This document shows positions 35,742-43,007 of a stretch of 64,000 bases of DNA, piece by piece. The position numbers and the translations under genes are program-made. The notes under the pieces were generated by a model. The model made no database searches and was not told where the DNA came from. It worked only from the letters and a program-made list of their open reading frames with translations. Numbering within the stretch: position 1 is the first letter of the stretch; the number at the start of each line of letters is the position of its first letter. Source of the DNA: Acidimicrobiia bacterium (GTDB lineage Bacteria > Actinomycetota > Acidimicrobiia > Acidimicrobiales > JANYDT01). Location of the stretch: contig JANOYY010000091.1 of assembly GCA_031429095.1 (NCBI GenBank), positions 9,370 through 73,369 on the forward strand, in the 5' to 3' direction.

Positions 35742-37187
35742 CTATTCGAACTTGTAGGTTGCCTTTTGTTCTTCGACGGTCTTCAAGATCGCGGTGATGT
35801 CCTTGCCACTCAGGTAATCCTTGATGGCCACGCCGACGACCTTCGACGCGAAGTCCGGATCGGTGTCACGGTCGAGGAACTGTGAGATGTACTTCGCAGC
35901 ACCAACGAGCTCTGCCGATTTCTTCTGAAGCGAGTTGTATCCCGTCGTGTTCGCCTTGGCGTTCGCGGCGATCACGGACGGGTCGACGCCGAGGTACGCA
36001 TCGATGGCGGGAGCGCCACCGATTGCGGCCAGAAGTGCCCTCGCGCCGACCTCATTCTTCGGTGCCTTTGCCATCATGAAGCCGTCGATGGGAGCCTCAA
36101 CTGCATCTTGACCGTATGCCGGATCGATCGCCGGGAACGCGAAGAAGTCCATGTCGTCGAGGATTTCCTGGGCAGCCGGATCCTTTTTCGGATCGAACTG
36201 GGAGGCGAGGAACGTACCGATGAGGTACATGCCGGTTTCCTTCTTGCCCCAGGCCTGAGCGCCGTCTTCCCACTTGCGGGAGTTGGCGTCGGGCTGGTAA
36301 AAGCCCGTAATCGTGCTCCAGTTCTCGAAGACCTTGGCCACTCTGGGATCGGTCCAGGATTCCTTGCCACCCATGAGTGAGACGTGGAAGTCGTAACCGT
36401 TGGTGCGCATATTGATCATGTCGAACATGCCCATTTGTGGCCAGCCGCCATCGTTTGCCGCGGAGAATGGTGTGATCCCGTCGGCCTTCATCTTCTCGCA
36501 GAGGGCGAGGAGGCCGGCCCAATCGGTCGGGATGGTGTACCCCTTCTCGGTGAACAGGCTCTTGCGGTAGTGAATCGCCCACGGGTAGAAATAGAAGGGC
36601 ACGAAGTATTGCTTGCCGTCGAGCGCGGTTGAGGCGTTCTTGAAGCCCGCTGACATGTCGGGCAAGCTGGCCCAGACATCGGTGATGTCGCCAACGACAC
36701 CCTTCGATGCGAACGCACGCATGCGATACCCGGCGAACCACGAAACGACGTCGTCGGGCTGCTGGATGTAGGTGTTGAAGTTGTCCTGGTACCCGTTGTG
36801 GTCGACCGTGTTGATCTTCACGTTGATACCGGTCGCCGTCAGGGCTGCGGCGATTGCGCCTTTGACCTTGTCGTCGGAGTAGTTCGATCCGAACGTGACT
36901 TCGCCGACATCTTGGGCCGGAGCGGCTGCCGCAGCGGTAGTGTCAGCTGCTGCTGTCGTTTCCGCAGCAGCAGTATCGGCTGCCGTAGTCTCGGCGGCTG
37001 CAGTGTCGGCTGCGGCCGTGTCAGCTGCGGCCGTGTCGCCTCCGTCGTCGCTGCTGCAGGCTGCCAGAAGGCCTCCGCCCGCCACCACGATGACTCCCGC
37101 GAGCAACTGTCGACGACTTATGGGAAACCCAACGTCGCGAGGGTTCGGTGAACGACTAGTGCTTTCGGATGGGTTCTTTTCTGACAT
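35742..37187 (-). CDS. ABC carbohydrate-binding lipoprotein (family 1 SBP)
   Basis: Inside ORF 35742..37496. Start chosen at ATG 37187, preceded by AAGGGGAG. Tat-like SRRQLLAG, lipobox LLAAC, then an Ala/Thr/Asp-rich linker. An upstream in-frame ATG at 37310 with a GGAAGG SD cannot be excluded. Confidence 0.8.
   Translation of the reverse strand: MSEKNPSESTSRSPNPRDVGFPISRRQLLAGVIVVAGGGLLAACSSDDGGDTAAADTAAADTAAAETTAADTAAAETTAAADTTAAAAAPAQDVGEVTFGSNYSDDKVKGAIAAALTATGINVKINTVDHNGYQDNFNTYIQQPDDVVSWFAGYRMRAFASKGVVGDITDVWASLPDMSAGFKNASTALDGKQYFVPFYFYPWAIHYRKSLFTEKGYTIPTDWAGLLALCEKMKADGITPFSAANDGGWPQMGMFDMINMRTNGYDFHVSLMGGKESWTDPRVAKVFENWSTITGFYQPDANSRKWEDGAQAWGKKETGMYLIGTFLASQFDPKKDPAAQEILDDMDFFAFPAIDPAYGQDAVEAPIDGFMMAKAPKNEVGARALLAAIGGAPAIDAYLGVDPSVIAANAKANTTGYNSLQKKSAELVGAAKYISQFLDRDTDPDFASKVVGVAIKDYLSGKDITAILKTVEEQKATYKFE
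36925..37040 (-). repeat. Degenerate 15-bp (pentapeptide D/E-T-A-A-A) tandem array encoding the SBP linker
   Basis: Protein: DTAAADTAAADTAAAETTAADTAAAETTAAADTTAAAAA. The two units at 37009-37023 and 37024-37038 differ at only one base. Confidence 0.85.
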
Positions 37188-37198
37188 GTTCTCCCCTT

Positions 37199-37220
37199 GG
37201 TTGGTTTTTGGTTGGTTTTT
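37199..37220 (-). repeat. Perfect 11-bp tandem duplication (mRNA sense AAAAACCAACC x2) directly 5' of the SBP Shine-Dalgarno
   Basis: On the plus strand, GGTTGGTTTTT at 37199-37209 is repeated exactly at 37210-37220. Confidence 0.95.
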
Positions 37221-37379
37221 GAGACGTTCGTTGAGGTGTTGGCGGTGCGACGAGTTCTTGTCCGCTGGCATCGACACCGCCAACACCAGAGGAACTGCAC
37301 TGTCGACCATCGTGACCTTCCGATGTTCGTTAACCCGAAGATTCGCCTCGGCTGTGACGTCGGACACAATAGTCGACCC

Positions 37380-37416
37380 AGCATACGCAGAATCGGATTC
37401 TGCGTCAACGTTGACG
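37380..37416 (-). promoter_or_regulatory. Predicted SBP-operon promoter with two palindromes: LacI-type operator over the -35 and a second IR filling the spacer
   Basis: The minus strand reads CGTCAACGTTGACG (operator, 37403-37416), whose TTGACG (37408-37403) serves as the -35. A 17-nt spacer follows, then TATGCT (37385-37380) as the -10. The perfect IR GCAGAATC-G-GATTCTGC (37387-37403) fills most of the spacer and reaches the first base of the -35. Confidence 0.5.
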
Positions 37417-37461
37417 TTGGACTCGGATGGAAAGCCTTCGCGATCTCGGCGAGAGGATTGG

Positions 37462-38475
37462 CTACGCCGATTCGCGCACGACGAGAGCGACCTCAAGTGT
37501 CACCGATGGCTGCGCCGTGCCGGGTGACGATGCGATGCGATCGAGCATTGCGATCGCTTCGAACCCGATGCGTTCGGTGTCAAGTCGAATTGTCGTGAGT
37601 GGCGTTACGAGAGCGGTGCATAGGGCGATGTCATCGAAGCCCACGATTGCGACGTCGTCGGGAATCCGACGGCCCTCCGTGGCGAGTGTCTGGAGTGCGC
37701 CTATCGCCATCGCGTCGTTATAGGCAAAGACGCCATCGATATCTGCTCGGCTTCGCAGGAGGGCGTCCATGGCAATCCGTCCGCCCTCGATCGTCGGGAG
37801 CTGGCGAGGAATGAGATCAGGCGTCAGCGCAATGCCCGCCGCGTGCAGGCCGCGGACGAAACCTGCCTCGCGACGGGGAAGTAGTGTCGAGAACTCCGAG
37901 TTCGCACTCGCCAGCATGCCGATACGCGACCTGCCTTTGGAAACGAGGTGGGCAACTGCCATCTCGGCACCCTGGCCAATTGCTGAAACAACCGAACCTA
38001 AGTTGGGCGCGTGGGTTTCCAAATCGACGAGGACGGTCGCGAGTCCGCGCGCTGCCTGCGCGATCACCGATGAGCGATTGCCGAGCGGGGCAAATACGAT
38101 AACCCCGTCCACCGATAGCGAACAAAGCGTTTCGAGCACCTCGTTCATCGTCGAGACTTCCTCGCCGTGGCTCGCAATCAGCATCGTGCGCCCCATGGCC
38201 CGCGCTGCACTTTGCACCCCCTCGGCCAGTTCAGCGAAGTACGGATCGTTCATGTGCGGGACCACAAGCCCTACGATTCCCGTCCGACGTGTGATCAGTG
38301 CCCGAGCAAGAAGGTTTGGCCGGTAGCCAACCTTGTCGATAGCGGCGACGACGCGGATCCGCGTCGCTTCGCTAAAGCCACTCTCGCCGTTCACGACACG
38401 TGAAACCGTGCGCGGTGATACACCGGCGAGCGCGGCGACGTCGTGAAGCGTTGATCCCTTGACCATGGCCGCCAT
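37462..38475 (-). CDS. LacI-family transcriptional regulator
   Basis: Inside ORF 37462..38514, start at ATG 38475 (SD GGAAGGAG). HTH STLHDVAALAGVSPRTVSRVVNG followed by a periplasmic-binding-protein-like sugar-binding domain. Confidence 0.9.
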   Translation of the reverse strand: MAAMVKGSTLHDVAALAGVSPRTVSRVVNGESGFSEATRIRVVAAIDKVGYRPNLLARALITRRTGIVGLVVPHMNDPYFAELAEGVQSAARAMGRTMLIASHGEEVSTMNEVLETLCSLSVDGVIVFAPLGNRSSVIAQAARGLATVLVDLETHAPNLGSVVSAIGQGAEMAVAHLVSKGRSRIGMLASANSEFSTLLPRREAGFVRGLHAAGIALTPDLIPRQLPTIEGGRIAMDALLRSRADIDGVFAYNDAMAIGALQTLATEGRRIPDDVAIVGFDDIALCTALVTPLTTIRLDTERIGFEAIAMLDRIASSPGTAQPSVTLEVALVVRESA

Positions 38476-38509
38476 TCTCGACTCCTTCCGGCTTACCCTG
38501 GGGTAGCTC

Positions 38510-38538
38510 AGCATACGTCAACGTTGACGTACGCTGAA
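38510..38538 (-). promoter_or_regulatory. Predicted lacI-family gene promoter with an 18-bp perfect palindromic operator in the spacer
   Basis: TACGTCAACGTTGACGTA at 38514-38531 is an 18-bp perfect palindrome. Its core is identical to the operator at 37403-37416. On the minus strand it is flanked by TTCAGC (-35-like, 38538-38533) and TATGCT (-10, 38515-38510) at 17-nt spacing. Confidence 0.5.
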
Positions 38539-38648
38539 GTCGACGCGTCGATCTCATGGAACGAATCGAGGGAGGTGCAAGGTGGCGATCGGCCGAGAAC
38601 TTGTCCTTGAAGGCGCTGACTGGGTGAAGAGACCACCTCGCCATAAGT

Positions 38649-38678
38649 GACCCTAATTGCACCTAATTGACCCTCATT
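38649..38678. repeat. Three phased 10-bp direct repeats (GACCCTAATT / GCACCTAATT / GACCCTCATT)
   Basis: Read directly. They sit in an AT-richer patch between the LigI-like gene's 3' end and the lacI-family promoter. Confidence 0.8.
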
Positions 38679-38714
38679 GCAGTCAGGAATGCACTGTCGC
38701 TAACATATGTACGC

Positions 38715-39592
38715 TTATGGATTGCTGAGCGGATAGAGTCGCCGGGGGTTCGTGACGAGGATCTTGTTTCGAGTGGTTCCGTCCGGAGCGAATGACGTCA
38801 ACAGGTCGACGAGGTCGCCGTCGTCAGGAATATGGCGCACGTTCGGGTGGGGCCAATCCGTTCCCCACAGGATTCGATCGGGTGCAGCGGCAATCAGGGC
38901 CTGAGCATAAGGAACGACGTCGTCGTAGGGTGGAGCGCCGCCAGACGTAAGGCGTTCGGAGCCGGAAATTTTGACCCAGCATCGCTCATCGGTCATCAAT
39001 GAAAGAAGCGCCTGGAACGGTGCCTGGTCGACGCCCGCTTCGGCGTTCACCCGTGCCATATGGTCGATGACGTAGGGTACGGGCATCCGCTCGAGCAACT
39101 CCGTGTAATCAGGGAGATCTTTGGCGTCGAAGTGCAAAACGATATGCCAATTCCATGCTGCGCCCGCTCGACAATTCGCCAGAACACCGAAAGCTCCGGA
39201 GCGCCTCCGAGGTGGGCGACGAAGTTGAATCGGGTCGAACGAACGCCGGCATCATGTAGTTCTTGGATCTGGCCATCACTGAAGTTCTCGTCGATCATTG
39301 CCACGCCGGCGTAGCGACCGCGTCCCCTCAAGAGAGCATGAAGCATTGCCGAGTTGTCGGTTCCGTGGCAGCTGGCCTGTACGAATACCGCGTTGGAAAG
39401 TCCTAAGCGCGCCTGTAGTTTTTCAAAATGCTCGATTCCGGAATCGGGCGGTGTGTATGTCCGATCTTCGGAATAGGGAAAGATATGTGCCGGGCCGAAG
39501 ATGTGGCAGTGCGCGTCGCATGCTCCCGGCGGCGGCGTGAAGGTTGTCGGCGGATGGGGTTTAGGGTGGGGCGGTGCGATCGTCGGGGCCAT
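38715..39592 (-). pseudogene. LigI-like amidohydrolase (2-pyrone-4,6-dicarboxylate-hydrolase family) split by a 1-nt frameshift
   Basis: ORF 39047..39748 (from ATG 39592: ...GACDAHCHIFGP...FVQASCHGTDN...RFNF...) and ORF 38715..39137 (...HIVLHFDAKDL...VIDHMARV...WVKISGSERL...LWGTDWPHP) are consecutive halves of one family member in different frames. The switch lies at about 39145-39165. Confidence 0.7.
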
Positions 39593-39596
39593 TGGA

Positions 39597-40694
39597 CTAT
39601 CCCTGGGAACGTCCGAAAACGGTGCCGTCCATGAGCTTTCGTGCGGTTCGAATGATTCCTGAGCGCTGCACCTCGAACACACCGTTGGTACTGGAAAACT
39701 CGATCGACGCGTCGAATGTACCGGTCGGGTGTTCAACCACCATTGCACCTCCGACGAGCCCTTTGGAGACCGCCGCAGCCGGTGTTCCCGCCATTAGAGC
39801 AGCAGTGGCAACGCTCACTGCTCCGAGGACCCCAATGGCATCATGGCATCGATGGGGGATGAATGTCCTCGTACACAGTGAACCTCCGGCGACAGGAGGT
39901 GCAACGAGCGTGAGCTTCGGAATCGTAAGCGCACGGACATCTCCGAGACCCATCATCTCGCCCGCAGCAAAGCGGATACGTTCCAACTTTTCTCGCAACG
40001 CGGCGTTCGCCTCAAGTTCCTCAGGTGTCTCGTAGCCGGTGACGTCCAGGTCGGCCGCTCTGATCACGACGACGGGCATGCCGTTGTCGATCAGTGTGAC
40101 CACCACACCTTCGGCGACGTCCGTTGTCTGTCCGGTTGGAAGAAGGGATCCGCAAGTTGAACCAGCAACGTTGAGAAAATCAATGTTCACAGCACTTGCC
40201 GTACCGGGCACGCCGGCGATGTAGGTATCACCGGCATAGTCGGGCTTCCCATCGCGGGCACAGAACCGTGACACTGCGATGCCTCCGGAGTTGACCATCC
40301 GAACCCGAACCTCGACTTCACCATCGGCGGGCGGATCGATGAGTCCACGCTCCAGTGCGAACGGCCCTACGCCGGCGAGAATGTTTCCGCAGTTCTGGGC
40401 GTCGGTGACGACTGCTCGATCGACGACAACCTGAAGAAAGAGGTAGTCGACATCGGCACTCGGATCTTCTGACAGTGCAACAATCGCCACTTTGCTGGTA
40501 AGCGGATGTGCGCCGCCGAGACCATCAATCTGGCGATCATCTGGTGAACCCATGACCTCCAACAAGAAACGGTCCCGGGCGGCCTCGTCTTTGGGCAACT
40601 CGTCTTCGACGAAATAGAGACCCTTGGATGTGCCACCCCGCATGACCATGCAACGGGCGCTCGGTGGCGGGGCGCCATTCGGATGAGCATTCAT
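39597..40694 (-). CDS. PrpF-family isomerase (4-oxalomesaconate tautomerase / methylaconitate isomerase-like)
   Basis: 365 aa. N-terminal CMVMRGGTSKGLYF and ...QNCGNILAGVGPFALERGLI are typical of PrpF/GalD-like proteins. Confidence 0.85.
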   Translation of the reverse strand: MNAHPNGAPPPSARCMVMRGGTSKGLYFVEDELPKDEAARDRFLLEVMGSPDDRQIDGLGGAHPLTSKVAIVALSEDPSADVDYLFLQVVVDRAVVTDAQNCGNILAGVGPFALERGLIDPPADGEVEVRVRMVNSGGIAVSRFCARDGKPDYAGDTYIAGVPGTASAVNIDFLNVAGSTCGSLLPTGQTTDVAEGVVVTLIDNGMPVVVIRAADLDVTGYETPEELEANAALREKLERIRFAAGEMMGLGDVRALTIPKLTLVAPPVAGGSLCTRTFIPHRCHDAIGVLGAVSVATAALMAGTPAAAVSKGLVGGAMVVEHPTGTFDASIEFSSTNGVFEVQRSGIIRTARKLMDGTVFGRSQG

Positions 40695-40704
40695 GTCGTT
40701 CCTC

Positions 40705-40721
40705 TCGGGAATCGTTCCCGA
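40705..40721. promoter_or_regulatory. 17-bp inverted repeat TCGGGAA-TCG-TTCCCGA just upstream of the PrpF-family gene SD
   Basis: 7-bp perfect arms with a 3-bp spacer, 11 nt upstream of ATG 40694. It lies in the divergent region shared with the LLM-remnant / SDR / AKR unit. Confidence 0.4.
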
Positions 40722-40858
40722 AAGGTTGGTTGAATTACACGCACAGCTGCGGTCACGTGTCGTACGTTACAAGGAATCGCGTTGCCCTCGCTGGCCGCCC
40801 GTTAGACCAGGGGACGCGCAAACCGTTTCGAAGGGAGTCGCTCGGGTAAGGTCGACTC

Positions 40859-41221
40859 ATGACCGCAACTCCTTCGCTTACCTTCGCCACGTTCATTCCT
40901 CAGGGCGAATGTTGGACCGTGATGGCGACGATCAGCCAACGCACATCGCGAATGCGCTTCGGTCAAATTTTCATCCGCGAAACGGAGGCCGAGTTACGAG
41001 AAGTTGGCACGAAGTCGCTCATCGGCCAACCTTTCGAGGAGTGGTCAGCAGCCCATTTCGTAGGGATACCCGAGCAGGTTGGCGAGAAGATGCAGAGCTA
41101 CACAGATCGGGGTTGCAAAGGATTCGTACCGTGGTGCGCGGACTTCCCCGACGACGAGACGATGCGACTCTACGCAAAGGTAATGAACCACCTTCGCCAG
41201 GCGAATGGGAGCCGCAAGTGA
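40859..41221 (+). pseudogene. Collapsed remnant of an LLM (luciferase-like) oxidoreductase, 120 aa, still in frame
   Basis: LTFATFIPQGE looks like the LLM N-terminus. CWTVMATISQRTSRMRFGQ looks like the conserved WT..A.A..T.R.R.G element. FVGIPEQVGEKMQSYTDRGCKGFVPWCADFPDDETMRLYAKVM looks like the LLM C-terminus. The intact paralog at 58118..59002 is 294 aa. Confidence 0.5.
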
Positions 41222-41991
41222 GCGCGGAAACGAGCGACTTCGACGGACGGGTTGCCATGGTGACGGGCGGAGCATCAGGAATGGGGGCCGCAACGGCGCG
41301 AGAGTTCGCACGTCGAGGCGCTCAGGTGGTTGTGGTTGATCGAAACCTCGAGCTGGCCGAAGCTGTTTCGAACGAGATCAGCGGCGTCGCAGTAACAGGC
41401 GATGTCAGCGACTCCTCATTTTGCAACGGTGCCGTAACCGCCGCCGTTGAACGATTCGGGCGTGTCGACGTGTTGGTGAACGCAGCAGGCATCATCGTTC
41501 GCGCCGCGGGAATCGACACGAGCGACGAACAGTGGAACCGGATGTTTGGGGTCAACGTCAGTGGCACGTTCTTTATGTGCCGAGCGGCGATTGGCGCTAT
41601 GCGTACGTACGGAGCTTCGACCGGACCCCGTGGTGCAATCGTCAACTTCGGTTCGATCTGGGGCGATCTCGGATCGGCAGGGGTCGCCGCGTACTGCGCT
41701 TCCAAGGGCGCAGTGCACAACCTGACGCGCGCTCTCGCACTTGACCATGCAACCGATGGCATTCGAGTCAACGCTGTCTGTCCTGGCGAGGTAAACACCC
41801 CGATGCTGGCATCGGAGCGAACAGGACCGGTCACCCAGGAGATACTCGACGCGCTGGCCTCGACTGTTCCGATGCAGCGACTCGCCGAACCAGAAGAAAT
41901 TGCTCGGGTCGTCGTGTTTCTCGCCTCGGACGCCGCGAGTTACATGACCGGCGCGATGGTGAGTGTTGATGCAGGGTACGGAGCTCGCTGA
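41218..41991 (+). CDS. SDR
   Basis: Inside ORF 40693..41991. GTG 41218 overlaps the remnant's stop (GTGA). Motifs [14 protein letters not shown] and YCASKGAV (YxxxK). Confidence 0.85.
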   Translation: MSAETSDFDGRVAMVTGGASGMGAATAREFARRGAQVVVVDRNLELAEAVSNEISGVAVTGDVSDSSFCNGAVTAAVERFGRVDVLVNAAGIIVRAAGIDTSDEQWNRMFGVNVSGTFFMCRAAIGAMRTYGASTGPRGAIVNFGSIWGDLGSAGVAAYCASKGAVHNLTRALALDHATDGIRVNAVCPGEVNTPMLASERTGPVTQEILDALASTVPMQRLAEPEEIARVVVFLASDAASYMTGAMVSVDAGYGAR

Positions 41992-42992
41992 TGCAGTACC
42001 GCCGGTTGGGCAGGAGCGGCGCACTGGTGTCGGCCATCGCGCTTGGCACCGACAACATAGTGAATCCCACCCCCGAAGACGAATCGATTCGGATGATCCT
42101 CGGCGCGTTGGACGGGGGCATCAATCTCGTTGACACGTCCAACAGCTACGCGGCAGGGGAGTCGGAACGAGTTATCGGGAAGGCGCTTCGTGACAGCAAG
42201 CGTCGTGACGAAGCCTTCATCGCTACGAAAGTCCACTATCCCACGGGCCCCGGACCGAATGATCGAGGAAACTCGCGGCTACACATCATGCGGGCCTGCG
42301 AGGCATCGCTTCGGCGGCTCGACACAGACTGCATCGATCTCTACCAGCTTCACCGCCCCGACTTCGAGGTGCCCATGGACGAAACACTAGGTGCGCTTAC
42401 TGATCTCGTGCGCCAGGGAAAAGTCCGATACATCGGCTCGTCCACCTCGCCTGCGTGGAGGATCACCGAAGCGCTGTTACTGGCGGAACTTCGCGGACTT
42501 GCCTCATTCGTCAGTGAACAGCCTCCGTACAATCTTCTCGATCGACGAATCGAAAACGAAGTCGTGCCAATGGCGCAGCATTTTGGGGTAGGGCTGTTGC
42601 CATGGTCGCCGCTTGCCATGGGTGTGTTGGGAGGTCGCTACGTCGACGAGGCATCTCGACCGCAAGATTCTCGCGCCGCCGTTCGGGGAGGGATCTACGC
42701 CGAACGGGTCTCCGACGACGCAATCCGTGCGGGAAATCGATTTGTCCGGATGGCTCGTGAGGCGGGCTTCGACGCCGCGCAACTTGCGATCTGCTGGGTC
42801 AAGGATCAGCCCGGTGTCGTGTCGCCTCTCATCGGTCCGAAAACTGTCGACCAACTTCAGCACTTCCTGCCGGTCGGTGACATGGTGTTTCCCGACGAGT
42901 TCCGTGCTCAATGCGACGATGTGTGTCCGCCAGGGAGTGCCGTGGCGAACTTCCACAATTCGGCTGCGTGGATGAAGATGCGACTGTTATGA
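41991..42992 (+). CDS. Aldo/keto reductase
   Basis: 333 aa. [20 protein letters not shown]...[17 protein letters not shown]. The start overlaps the SDR stop by 1 nt (TGATG). Confidence 0.9.
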   Translation: MQYRRLGRSGALVSAIALGTDNIVNPTPEDESIRMILGALDGGINLVDTSNSYAAGESERVIGKALRDSKRRDEAFIATKVHYPTGPGPNDRGNSRLHIMRACEASLRRLDTDCIDLYQLHRPDFEVPMDETLGALTDLVRQGKVRYIGSSTSPAWRITEALLLAELRGLASFVSEQPPYNLLDRRIENEVVPMAQHFGVGLLPWSPLAMGVLGGRYVDEASRPQDSRAAVRGGIYAERVSDDAIRAGNRFVRMAREAGFDAAQLAICWVKDQPGVVSPLIGPKTVDQLQHFLPVGDMVFPDEFRAQCDDVCPPGSAVANFHNSAAWMKMRLL

Positions 42993-43007
42993 CGCGTTCG
43001 TCACGAT

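Noticed and set aside
34497-35885. 462-aa ORF on the plus strand
   Set aside because: It is antisense to the ABC permease gene, highly charged and His/Asp/Arg-rich, with no domain signature. The permease reading is far better supported.
40693-41217. Upstream 175 codons of the 432-aa ORF that contains the SDR
   Set aside because: The SDR Rossmann motif begins right after GTG 41218. The upstream part overlaps the LLM-remnant ORF in another frame and has no motif.
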